Notes under the pieces: model-generated
Told to the model about the DNA's origin: nothing
The model's database searches: none
What the model saw: only the letters and a program-made list of their open reading frames with translations
Source of the DNA: a virus
Strand: one strand, 5' to 3'
IMG/VR virus record: IMGVR_UViG_3300014166_000001
Coordinates: 1 to 54,719 of that record
DNA: 54,719 nucleotides
Program-made: the position numbers and the translations under genes
Part shown: piece by piece, positions 17,523-26,384 of the stretch
Numbering within the stretch: the stretch's first letter is position 1
Layout: each line of letters starts with the position of its first letter

Positions 17523-18373
17523 TACGAGCTAAGGTCCTCTCCAAAAACGTACACGTCACAAGTTGCCGGAGCGGCGTGGGCAGTGCTCAAGGACAAATAG
17601 AACGTCGCGGCGACCAAAGCATCGGTTCCGGACAAAGCCGCCGCTGCTATGGTCGCGTCCATCCACTTGGTCGAGGCTGTCAAAGCTGCGTAAGATTGAC
17701 CTGCCGCAACCACTGCCGTCCCGCCTTTGGCTGGCGCCGTGTAGAACCCTCCCAACGGTATTGTTCCTGCCGAAAGATCCACACTGGCATTTGTTATCAT
17801 TATCCGACGAACCACGTACTTCGATGGCATGCCGGACATGGCTTGGTCGGCAGTCGAATTGAAGTTAGCCCCGATGATCGATCCCAGCATGCGGTAGCGC
17901 GCGGTCAACGCTTTCGCCGCCGCCGCCGCTGTTATTTGTCCGGTGCCTCCGTCCGCAATTCCGATGGGTGATGCCTGCTGCTGGCCGGCCACGCTGACAA
18001 CCGCTCCAGAGCTAATAGTTGTTCCGGCTATGACGTCGCCAGGATAACCCAACGCCTTGACCTGAATGCTCAAAGTCGAAGGCAGAGAAACCACCTGCCC
18101 ATTCATTGGACCCGGGTTTGCCAGAGCCGCCCCGGCGCCCTGACCGATCATGACGTTTTGGCCTACCACCAGGAAAATGGAATTGCCAACTGTGACAAGC
18201 ACATTGTTGCCCGTCACCGGAACAACAAAGTCGGCAGTTGTGATCGTGAAGGCGTCGACCCCATTTGTGCAGGGTGTACATGGGGTGCCAGGTAAACCTT
18301 GAGGACCTGGGATCTGAGTATTTTGAATTACCGGTGGACAGCATGAGGGAACACAACTTGATGGGAATGACAT
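17522..18373 (-). CDS. Tail fibre/spike-like protein
   Basis: Short collagen-like GPQGLPGTP and the fibre-typical IADGGTGQITAAAAAKAL motif. First gene of the tail operon. Confidence 0.6.
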   Translation of the reverse strand: MSFPSSCVPSCCPPVIQNTQIPGPQGLPGTPCTPCTNGVDAFTITTADFVVPVTGNNVLVTVGNSIFLVVGQNVMIGQGAGAALANPGPMNGQVVSLPSTLSIQVKALGYPGDVIAGTTISSGAVVSVAGQQQASPIGIADGGTGQITAAAAAKALTARYRMLGSIIGANFNSTADQAMSGMPSKYVVRRIMITNASVDLSAGTIPLGGFYTAPAKGGTAVVAAGQSYAALTASTKWMDATIAAAALSGTDALVAATFYLSLSTAHAAPATCDVYVFGEDLSS

Positions 18374-18379
18374 ATTATT

Positions 18380-19162
18380 TTAATTAAAGGTTCTAGTTTT
18401 ATTTCGCTCTATCAGTGCCAATCTCGCAGCTTCCACGAGTGGACTTGAGCGTCGCCTTTGAAGTTGATCAGGGGAAAGCGTCCTCCCTGTCTTAATTGCG
18501 ATTTGCTTTTGACGAGTAGTCTCAGACCAGCCTAATTTGTTTCGTGCAACCATGGCCAATCTAGCTGCCTTAACAAGCGGACTTGCTTCCCGGTCTAGAA
18601 TCTGTTCTTCGGGTAATTTTCTTCCCTTAACTGCTGCTCTTTGTTTCTCAATGGTTTCTTTGGATTTCGGAAGTTTATTCTGCGCTATCAATTTCTTAAG
18701 TGCTGCTTGAACAGCCGGACTGTTACGCCGATTGAGTAACTGAGCAGGAGTCAGTTTACGCCCAGTTTTGACTGCTATTTGTTTCCTTCTGGTTTCCTCT
18801 GACCATCCCCTTTTGTTGCGCTCGATGGTTCTTTGGATATTCAATTCAGATGGCCTTCGTCCTTTTCCAGGACCTGGACCATCGCTAATATTGAGAAGCC
18901 ATCCCGATTTACGAAACAGCCTAATCCAGAACATCTCCCGATGGGAAGCATCTGCATCGGAAACGATTTCGTAAACAGTAACAACTGGAAGTCGGCGCGT
19001 GGCCCAAAGCGAGAAAAGCCATTTTGAGAGTGCTTTGTCTGGGAGGTCGTACGCCTCAAACAGATGAGCGAAAAGCCTTTTGTTAGTATCCTGCTTTGTT
19101 CTTCCAATGTATCTGGGGATCATTGGAGTGGACGGATCGCTCAGAGCGTAGATGACGGCCAT
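18380..19162 (-). CDS. GIY-YIG homing endonuclease with three tandem about 46-aa NUMOD3-like DNA-binding repeats
   Basis: VIYAL...RYIGRT...KRL..H (GIY-YIG). Repeats GWSEETRRKQIAVKTGRKLTP..., ETIEKQRAAVKGRKLPE..., GWSETTRQKQIAIKTGRTLSP... Visibly more A/T-rich than its neighbours. Confidence 0.85.
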   Translation of the reverse strand: MAVIYALSDPSTPMIPRYIGRTKQDTNKRLFAHLFEAYDLPDKALSKWLFSLWATRRLPVVTVYEIVSDADASHREMFWIRLFRKSGWLLNISDGPGPGKGRRPSELNIQRTIERNKRGWSEETRRKQIAVKTGRKLTPAQLLNRRNSPAVQAALKKLIAQNKLPKSKETIEKQRAAVKGRKLPEEQILDREASPLVKAARLAMVARNKLGWSETTRQKQIAIKTGRTLSPDQLQRRRSSPLVEAARLALIERNKTRTFN

Positions 19163-19176
19163 GGTCTTTTAATTAG

Positions 19177-19216
19177 TTGAGTGTATGATTATTTGTCACT
19201 ATAACGCACATGTGCG
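19177..19216 (+). promoter_or_regulatory. Sigma70-like promoter (TTGAGT-N17-TATAAC) with a 12-bp perfect palindrome CGCACATGTGCG over the predicted start site, upstream of the terminase gene
   Basis: Read from the divergent intergenic region 19163-19247. Confidence 0.35.
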
Positions 19217-19247
19217 CCTGAAGTCGTCATATATTCGATCCTCTTAA

Positions 19248-21098
19248 ATGGCAACTGAAAAAGTCACCTTGAAGTACGGGGTCGAGTGGAGAAAACACGA
19301 TGCTCTCCAGATCGAAATGAGCATGATCCAGCGTGGTGGATACTGGACGGTTGAAGGGCAAAAGGGCGGGTTGGGCTTGTTCGAGCACTTTATGCGAGCC
19401 CGGGAACTTATCTGGCCTGATCGTTATCGGCACCGATGGACCGACCTCATTTACAACGAGATTATCAACAATATCGTTACCGTGCTGATGGGCGCTGGTT
19501 CGGTTGGTAAAACGGCAACCGCTTCCGAATACTGCCTGATCGATTATTGGGCTCATCCCAACAACACGCTCGTTATCGTTACGACCGTCACGTTGGAAAA
19601 GCTAGATTCTGCCGTATTTGGTGAAATTTGCATGTTGCATCGGCAGGGTCAGGAGCGTTGGGCGTGGCTCGCTGGACACCAGTTGCAAAGCCGTCGTGCC
19701 ATCAGCACCGACGACTTGAAGGAAAAAGGAGGACGCGATATTCGGAAAGGTTTCCTCGGGAAAGCCCTTTATTCCGGTCGCAAAATAAGCCGCTCCGGTT
19801 GGGTGGGGTTAAGCTCATTGGCCGGCACGAAGCAGGAACGCATCCGGTGTCTCTGTGATGAAATTCAGTTCGTAAACGGCGGGTTCATCGACTCCCTGCC
19901 AAACCTTTTCCAAGGAGTTGGCCTCGACGTCGACGGTCAACCCGAAATCAAGATCATCCCCTCTGGCAATCCCAAGCATGATCCATTCGACCAGCTTTCC
20001 ATGGCGGCTGAACCTGTGGACGGCTGGGAATCCGTTGCGAACGTACAGAAAACCACCTGTTGGCCAATCAAGTTCGAGCGGGGACGCTGTGTCAATCTGA
20101 TCGGGACTGATTCACCAAACTTCGATCCTCCTGTCAGCCATATCCCTCGTTACCCTAGACTCATCAGCCAGAACACGATCAACCTGGTCCTGAAGCGTTG
20201 GAAGCGGGATAGCCTTCAGTTCTATTCTCAGTGTCTCGGCAAAATGGTGATCGGCATGATTGGGGATCGGGTGATCACCAAACAGCTTTGCGAAGAGCAT
20301 CACGCCTTTGAAGCACCTGTTTGGAGGGATAACTCCTTCACCAATATAGGTATGCTGGATCCGGCTTGGGGAGGCGTTCACGCCGATCGTTGCGTGTGGG
20401 GATGGCTCAGATTTGGTTCGGCCATTAACGGGATCATGCTCATGCAACTCATGGACATGCAGGTGGTACCAATACTTGCTACTGTCAAAAAGGATCCCGA
20501 CGATCAGATAGCGGAGTTTTGTAAGCGGGAAGCTATCGTAAACGACATACCACCTTCAAATATCTTCTACGACTCCACCGGTCGCGGGACAACCGGAGCC
20601 GCATTTGCCAAGGTGTTCGGATCTGAGGTTCCTGTCCCGGTTGCTTTTGGAGATAAGCCAAGCGACCGCCCGGTGCGTTACGACTTATTTATCACCGAAC
20701 AAAACGGTCACCGGCGCCACAAGCGTTGCGACGAAGAATACGGAAAGCGAGTCACGGAACTTTGGTTCGCCGTGCGTAACATCGTTGAATGTGACCAGTT
20801 TAGAGGGATGCAGGAGGACGTGTGCCGGGAGGGTTGCATGAGGGAGTACACCTTGGTTGCCGGAGGCAAGATCGACGTCGAAACGAAAGACGAAACCAGG
20901 GAACGCATGGGTGAGAGTCCAGATTTATTCGATTGCCTAGCCGTTGGGGTGGAAGGTGCCCGACAGCGTGGTTTCAAGACTCAACGCCTTGGCTGGGAGA
21001 TTATCGAGCAGGAGGATCGTGATGACGACTTCTTTGAAACGGAAGCCAATGAATACGCCGAAATGATCCAAAAACAGCTTCTCAAGCACACGACATGA
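19248..21098 (+). CDS. terL: Terminase large subunit
   Basis: Walker A GAGSVGKT, Walker B-like LCDEIQF, size 616 aa, followed by the portal gene. Confidence 0.85.
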   Translation: MATEKVTLKYGVEWRKHDALQIEMSMIQRGGYWTVEGQKGGLGLFEHFMRARELIWPDRYRHRWTDLIYNEIINNIVTVLMGAGSVGKTATASEYCLIDYWAHPNNTLVIVTTVTLEKLDSAVFGEICMLHRQGQERWAWLAGHQLQSRRAISTDDLKEKGGRDIRKGFLGKALYSGRKISRSGWVGLSSLAGTKQERIRCLCDEIQFVNGGFIDSLPNLFQGVGLDVDGQPEIKIIPSGNPKHDPFDQLSMAAEPVDGWESVANVQKTTCWPIKFERGRCVNLIGTDSPNFDPPVSHIPRYPRLISQNTINLVLKRWKRDSLQFYSQCLGKMVIGMIGDRVITKQLCEEHHAFEAPVWRDNSFTNIGMLDPAWGGVHADRCVWGWLRFGSAINGIMLMQLMDMQVVPILATVKKDPDDQIAEFCKREAIVNDIPPSNIFYDSTGRGTTGAAFAKVFGSEVPVPVAFGDKPSDRPVRYDLFITEQNGHRRHKRCDEEYGKRVTELWFAVRNIVECDQFRGMQEDVCREGCMREYTLVAGGKIDVETKDETRERMGESPDLFDCLAVGVEGARQRGFKTQRLGWEIIEQEDRDDDFFETEANEYAEMIQKQLLKHTT

Positions 21099-21424
21099 AA
21101 TGGTCAGAGTTACAATATCGGCTTCGCACGTACGATCTTTCCCCGCCAGGCGGCTACTGCCTCGAGCAGGACAAGTTCAACCGGTGCGAGCCCGACATAA
21201 CCGCACTGGCTCGCATGCTCCTCGAATACCGCAAAGGAAACGGCCTCGGTCGGGCCACGCTCCCGGAATGCCTTCAGGACTGCGACCGGTTCCAATGCCT
21301 GAGACTGGGAAATAATCCCCAGATATGCATTTCCGCTGACGCACAGAACGTAGTGGCTTTAAGCTCGACTTCGCCTTACGTAGCGCCGCCGTGCAAAGGG
21401 TGTGGCGCCGTCTTAAACCAATGA
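21095..21424 (+). CDS. Hypothetical Cys-rich protein
   Basis: 109-aa ORF overlapping the terL stop (ATGA) and coupled to the next ORF. Confidence 0.5.
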   Translation: MKWSELQYRLRTYDLSPPGGYCLEQDKFNRCEPDITALARMLLEYRKGNGLGRATLPECLQDCDRFQCLRLGNNPQICISADAQNVVALSSTSPYVAPPCKGCGAVLNQ

Positions 21425-21825
21425 GCCTGATCGAAACCATAAAAAACGACATAGAAGGCGCGGCCATCCTTCGAGACTGGCTTGGCGACGGCGACCCCGT
21501 GCATCCCATGGTTGCGGAAGCGCGCGCGCAACGCTGCACTACCGGTAACGAAGGCAAGCCCTGCCCGTTGAATATCGAAGCCAACTGGTGGGACCGGGTT
21601 AAGAGCACAATAGCCGACTGGATCCGATACGAGCTGGAGCTGAAGAACAAGATGGAATTGAAGGTTCCCCAGGAGGATGCGTTGGGAATGTGCAAAGCCT
21701 GCGGTTGCTGCCTACGCCTCAAGGTCTGGACCCCGATAAAGCACATCAAGGATCACATCACCCCAGCCCAATTAAAGACCACGCCAGGTTTCTGCTGGAT
21801 CAGAGCCGAAATAGGCTCCGAATAA
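21421..21825 (+). CDS. Hypothetical Cys-rich protein (KACGCC motif)
   Basis: ATG at 21421 overlaps the preceding stop codon. 134 aa. Confidence 0.5.
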   Translation: MSLIETIKNDIEGAAILRDWLGDGDPVHPMVAEARAQRCTTGNEGKPCPLNIEANWWDRVKSTIADWIRYELELKNKMELKVPQEDALGMCKACGCCLRLKVWTPIKHIKDHITPAQLKTTPGFCWIRAEIGSE

Positions 21826-21838
21826 CTATGCCATAACT

Positions 21839-24082
21839 ATGCCAAACTTTTCAACAGTCCCCCGCGTCCAGCAAACCATTCGAGCCGGTGATTGGGTCGA
21901 GTTCACCCGCGGTACAAACCGGGTGAAGATCAACAACGCGGCTAACTGCTTCCCCCCGCTTCCACCCGAAGAAGCTAAGAAGCTGAACATCAAGATCAAT
22001 ATTAACTGGGGAGAAATGATGATCCTCCTCTCGCACGCGCGCCGCCAGTACATGACGGCGTTCTGGTCGCAAAAGCATTTCTTCAAGGTATCGCTTCCTC
22101 AGGCTCCGAAAGAAACCCAAGACGAATGGGGCGCGTTTACCACCGAGACGATCAATGAGATCATGCGGAACGACCTCGCGTACTTCGAGGTTCACCGATC
22201 AAAATGGGCTTCAGTAGCCTGCCATGGCATCGGGCCGTCCGTGTGGCGTAAGCGCGACCGATGGCGCCCGGACTTCCTGGCCATCGAGGATCTACGTATT
22301 CCAACGGATACCACCTTGGACTTTCAAAACCTCAACTGGTACGCGGAACGCCACATCTACACACCATTTGAACTGCTCGATGCCGCGTTTAACAACAAGA
22401 AGAAAAACCCTTGGGACCTACCGGGCGTGAAGCGGATTCTACAGAACTATAAGGAGATAAATTACGATTACGCCCCAAATCATTACGATTGGGAGACTAC
22501 CCCGGAAAAGCTGGCGGAACTCGTAAAACAGGACGGTGGTTACTACGCCTCTGACGCCATGCCGGGCATCCCGCTATGGCATTTCTATTTCGAGGACAAC
22601 ACCAACTGCGACAACAAAGGTTGGTTCCTGCGTATAGTTCCAGAAGAGGCTACGGTCAGGGGCACTCCGGAAAACGACAAGTTCCTTTGGACCTCCGACG
22701 AGCCGGTTGCACCAACGTGGCAGCAGTTACTCCATTGCCAGTACGGGGACCTGTGCAATAAGGCTCCGTTCGAGTACCACTCGGTAAGGTCGCTGGGCTT
22801 CGCCCTGCTCGAGCCGACCTTCTACACGAATCTTACCCGGTGCCGGATGCTCCAGCATTTGAACGACAACTTTGACGTGTGGCTCCGGATTAGCGATCCC
22901 TCTGAGAAAGCACGCGCTCAGATGCAGGAGTTTGGAAACTACAAGGTGTTGAAAAGCGGGGTTAGCGTCGTGCCGGAAGCTGAGCGACACCAGATCGAGC
23001 CTGAATTGGTTGATATGGTAATGGCGCAGTTGAAGCAGTTGCAGCAGGAGGCGTCATCGACTTACACGCAGCAGACCGACACCGGCACGCGCAAGGAACA
23101 AACCGCATTTGAAACCTCAGTCAAAATGCAGCAGGTCAACGCCATGCTGGGCGGGCTGTTGATGACGGCGTTCGTTTACGAGACGCACAGTTACAAAGAG
23201 ATTTGCCGTCGTTTTTGCCTCAAGAAAACCGAGGACCCCGACATTTTGAAGTTTCAAAAGCGTTGGGATGCCATGAAGATCCCTCGCCGATGGATGAACG
23301 TCGACCTGTGGAACATTGAAGCTGAGACTCCGCTGGGCATGGGAAACCCGGCCATGGCCCAAGCCGAAGCGCAGCAGCTTATGTCCTGGCGCGGTCAGTA
23401 TCCACCCGAGGCTCAGAACGAGATCCTTCACTACGCTACTCAGGTTGTCACCAGCGACTACCGTAAGGCCGCCCGCTGGGCGCCGTTGGGCAAAGGCAAA
23501 GGCGTTACTACTTCCCAAAGGGATGCCGCAGGCATGTTTGCGACTCTTATGCTTGGAGTTCCATTAGAGCCAATGGAGGGATTTTCAGCTATCGAAGAGA
23601 TTGAGACGTTGTTGCCGCTCATGGCCGGCGTCATCGTTCGCATCGAGAAACGGGATAACACAGGCACCCAAGATGAAGTTCAGGGGTTGTCCACCGTAGC
23701 GCAGTATATCGGCCAGTGGATCCAGCAGCTATCGAGCGACCCGCAGCAAAAGGAACGAGTCAAAGCCTACTCCGACGACTTGGGTAAATTGGTAAACCAA
23801 GTAAAGGGGCTGGCTCAACGCGGAGCGCAGAAGGCGCAGAAACAGAACGGTGCGAATGGAGGCATGGACCCTGCCGCCGCGGCTAAGAATCAATCCCTGC
23901 TTATTGGTGCCAAGACCAAAGCGGCTATCACGGCCGCCAAGGCGAAGCAGCAACAGGCTCACAAGGAAAAGGCGTTTGTGGGAGATCAGCGGCGACAGGA
24001 CGCGAAAACTTTTGCCGACATTCAAAGGCAGGGGGTAGAAACCGCCGTCAAGGCACGCAGGATGCGCTCAACCGAAGAGTAG
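21839..24082 (+). CDS. Portal protein (positional call)
   Basis: 747-aa ORF directly downstream of terL, with a basic/Gln-rich C-terminal tail. No motif-level proof. Confidence 0.6.
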   Translation: MPNFSTVPRVQQTIRAGDWVEFTRGTNRVKINNAANCFPPLPPEEAKKLNIKININWGEMMILLSHARRQYMTAFWSQKHFFKVSLPQAPKETQDEWGAFTTETINEIMRNDLAYFEVHRSKWASVACHGIGPSVWRKRDRWRPDFLAIEDLRIPTDTTLDFQNLNWYAERHIYTPFELLDAAFNNKKKNPWDLPGVKRILQNYKEINYDYAPNHYDWETTPEKLAELVKQDGGYYASDAMPGIPLWHFYFEDNTNCDNKGWFLRIVPEEATVRGTPENDKFLWTSDEPVAPTWQQLLHCQYGDLCNKAPFEYHSVRSLGFALLEPTFYTNLTRCRMLQHLNDNFDVWLRISDPSEKARAQMQEFGNYKVLKSGVSVVPEAERHQIEPELVDMVMAQLKQLQQEASSTYTQQTDTGTRKEQTAFETSVKMQQVNAMLGGLLMTAFVYETHSYKEICRRFCLKKTEDPDILKFQKRWDAMKIPRRWMNVDLWNIEAETPLGMGNPAMAQAEAQQLMSWRGQYPPEAQNEILHYATQVVTSDYRKAARWAPLGKGKGVTTSQRDAAGMFATLMLGVPLEPMEGFSAIEEIETLLPLMAGVIVRIEKRDNTGTQDEVQGLSTVAQYIGQWIQQLSSDPQQKERVKAYSDDLGKLVNQVKGLAQRGAQKAQKQNGANGGMDPAAAAKNQSLLIGAKTKAAITAAKAKQQQAHKEKAFVGDQRRQDAKTFADIQRQGVETAVKARRMRSTEE

Positions 24083-24085
24083 GCT

Positions 24086-24505
24086 ATGGACATCACAATT
24101 AAAGTTATACCCGAAGATCAGCAAAGGGCGGAAGTCAACGGAGCGGATTGGTTCTGGGACGAGGCTGGCAACCTTCAGGTGCGCGTGTCGCCAATGAGCG
24201 ACTGGCGAAGGGAGGTTATTCTGGCCGTACACGAGACGGTGGAAGCCATCTGCTGCAGGCATTTAGGAGTCAGCCAAGCTGCGGTTGATAAGTTTGACAT
24301 CGCTTACGACAAGGCGCACCCAAACGAACCAGATCTAAACGCAGGTGACGATCCGCTTGCTCCGTACGATCGCGCTCATACATTAGCGACGGCTTGTGAA
24401 AGAGCTTTGGCTTTTGCTCTTGATGTACAGTGGGGAGAGTACGATCGGGAACTTGGGACAACGTATCCGGGGGTATCTAAGAAGCTTGCAGGTAACGAAT
24501 CGTAA
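24086..24505 (+). CDS. Hypothetical head-module protein
   Basis: 139-aa ORF between the portal and ATP-grasp genes. Confidence 0.55.
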   Translation: MDITIKVIPEDQQRAEVNGADWFWDEAGNLQVRVSPMSDWRREVILAVHETVEAICCRHLGVSQAAVDKFDIAYDKAHPNEPDLNAGDDPLAPYDRAHTLATACERALAFALDVQWGEYDRELGTTYPGVSKKLAGNES

Positions 24506-24512
24506 AGACAAA

Positions 24513-25823
24513 ATGAAGGAAATATCCGAAGCCCACGCCTGCGTAATTGACGCCGGAACATTTCCCGAAATGGCGGAGGTGCTAAGCCGGTCGTTTGCTC
24601 GAACCAGCTACTACAGCCCGTGGGAAAGTGAGTTTCTGTGCATCGACAAGTGCGTCATTGGTGACGGGTGCGATGGCTTCGACCGAGTTGACGACTACAT
24701 GGACCCGGACTTCTTCAACACTGTGGACCTGTGGGTGTTCCCGGATATTGGCTACGGCGGCCTGCAGCGTTACCTCCGCAGCTTGAATAAACTGGTCTGG
24801 GGCTCCATGGGGGCCAGCGACCTTGAATTGTTCCGCACCCGGTTTCTGTCCGTCATCCACAAGGCCGGGCTGCCGGTGGTAGCCTCGACCCGCTGCAACG
24901 GCCTCACGGAACTGGCCAGCCATCTCAAGGGTGTTAAAAATAAGTGGGTCAAGATCAACCGGTATCGTGGCAACATGGAAACCTGGCACCACATTGACTG
25001 GGATCACAGTGTCCGGATGATCGAGCATTTGGCGTGCGTGTTCGGGCCGATGAAGGAGTATGTTATTTTTGTCGTGCAGGATGCCATTGAAGGCGACGAG
25101 GAAAACCCCGTGTTGGAAGTCGGTTACGATGGCTGGACGGTGGACGGCAATTTTCCAGTGTTATCCTATCAAGGTTATGAAGCTAAAAATCAGCTTTACC
25201 TCGGGTCACTCCTGGCGGCCGACGATATTCCTCAGCCCGTCCGGTTCGTCAATGAAGCCATGGCACCGACACTCGAACAGTACGGGTATCGAAACTTTTG
25301 GGCGACTGAGATCCGTATCCAGGATGGCACACCCTACTTCATTGACCCCACCGCCCGCATGGCCGGCCAAACTATGGAACACCTGCATGAGACTTGCACA
25401 AATCTCGCAGATGTGGTGTATCGGGGTGCCGCGGGTGAATTGGTTGTGCCTGAGTTTAGTGCGCCGTTCGCCGCGGAAGCTACCCTTCACTATACTGCTG
25501 AGACTGATGGCGGCTGGAAAACACTCAAGGTCCCCGAAAGCGTTCGAGACTGGGTGAAGCTGTATCGCTACTGTTGCATCGACGGTATTTACCAGTTCCC
25601 GCCGCACAAAAGCGATGAACTTGGTGTCGTATGCGGGAGGGGAGATACGGTCGAGGAAGCGATCAACGATCTAAAGGATAATTTCTCGGAGATCGAGAAC
25701 GAGCCGGTCAGCATCGACCTTTCGGGCTTTGCGAAACTGATCGAGCAGATCGAGGACGCAGAGGCGGAAGGGGTTGGATTTTCGGATAAACCTTTGCCCG
25801 ACCCTGCGATCGCTTTGCAGTAG
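24513..25823 (+). CDS. ATP-grasp fold enzyme (carboxylate-amine ligase type)
   Basis: KWVKINRYRGNMETW, EYVIFVVQDAIEG, and FWATEIRIQDGTPYFIDPTARMAG (an E..-D/N-P-x-R type Mg/ATP motif). ATG at 24513 follows the TAA at 24503-24505. Confidence 0.65.
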   Translation: MKEISEAHACVIDAGTFPEMAEVLSRSFARTSYYSPWESEFLCIDKCVIGDGCDGFDRVDDYMDPDFFNTVDLWVFPDIGYGGLQRYLRSLNKLVWGSMGASDLELFRTRFLSVIHKAGLPVVASTRCNGLTELASHLKGVKNKWVKINRYRGNMETWHHIDWDHSVRMIEHLACVFGPMKEYVIFVVQDAIEGDEENPVLEVGYDGWTVDGNFPVLSYQGYEAKNQLYLGSLLAADDIPQPVRFVNEAMAPTLEQYGYRNFWATEIRIQDGTPYFIDPTARMAGQTMEHLHETCTNLADVVYRGAAGELVVPEFSAPFAAEATLHYTAETDGGWKTLKVPESVRDWVKLYRYCCIDGIYQFPPHKSDELGVVCGRGDTVEEAINDLKDNFSEIENEPVSIDLSGFAKLIEQIEDAEAEGVGFSDKPLPDPAIALQ

Positions 25824-25923
25824 CAACTTTGTGGGCCACGTAAAGCTTGATGAATTTGTCCGCTAAAGCTTTCTGATATTCTATCCACCACCGTGGAGCC
25901 CTCTTTGCTCGCGCTTTTTTCAT
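25708..25923 (-). CDS. Small basic ORF (71 aa), doubtful
   Basis: ATGA-coupled to the upstream gene, but its 3' 116 nt are antisense to the ATP-grasp 3' end. Confidence 0.3.
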   Translation of the reverse strand: MKKARAKRAPRWWIEYQKALADKFIKLYVAHKVATAKRSQGRAKVYPKIQPLPPLRPRSARSVSQSPKGRC

Positions 25924-26384
25924 AGTGGCGGCTTCTTCCTGAGGTATGACAGGAATAAACTGCACCTGTCCTCCGTCTTGACTGGCATGGTGAGAATATC
26001 CTGAACCGACACCAGGAGCGTGTTGACGTCATCCGAGAGCAGCGGCATTCCAGCGGCTTTCAGTTTGAACTGTGCGTCGTTGAACGCAATGGCGAGGTAC
26101 GCCGCCTTCATATCCCCGTGGCGAGTGACGATCGGACACCCATCGCCCACAAAGGCCATGGCATCGGCAGCCAGCTTGGCGTGGCCATCCCGACCGGTGT
26201 AGTCGACAGCCCCATTCGTATCAGCCTTGATCTCCTGGGCGTGAAACTCCAGATCCAGGGCTTTCTGCATGCGCTCCGCGATCCCAGCGTCCAGGGTGTT
26301 GAATTTCACCACATTCTCCATAAGCGGGTTGACCTGTGGCGGTCGCACCGGGAAAGCCAGTTGCGGGAGTTTGGTTAGAGGCAT
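25920..26384 (-). CDS. Hypothetical protein
   Basis: ORF. ATG at 26384 was chosen because it lies just downstream of the GIY-YIG stop at 26375. Confidence 0.5.
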   Translation of the reverse strand: MPLTKLPQLAFPVRPPQVNPLMENVVKFNTLDAGIAERMQKALDLEFHAQEIKADTNGAVDYTGRDGHAKLAADAMAFVGDGCPIVTRHGDMKAAYLAIAFNDAQFKLKAAGMPLLSDDVNTLLVSVQDILTMPVKTEDRCSLFLSYLRKKPPL

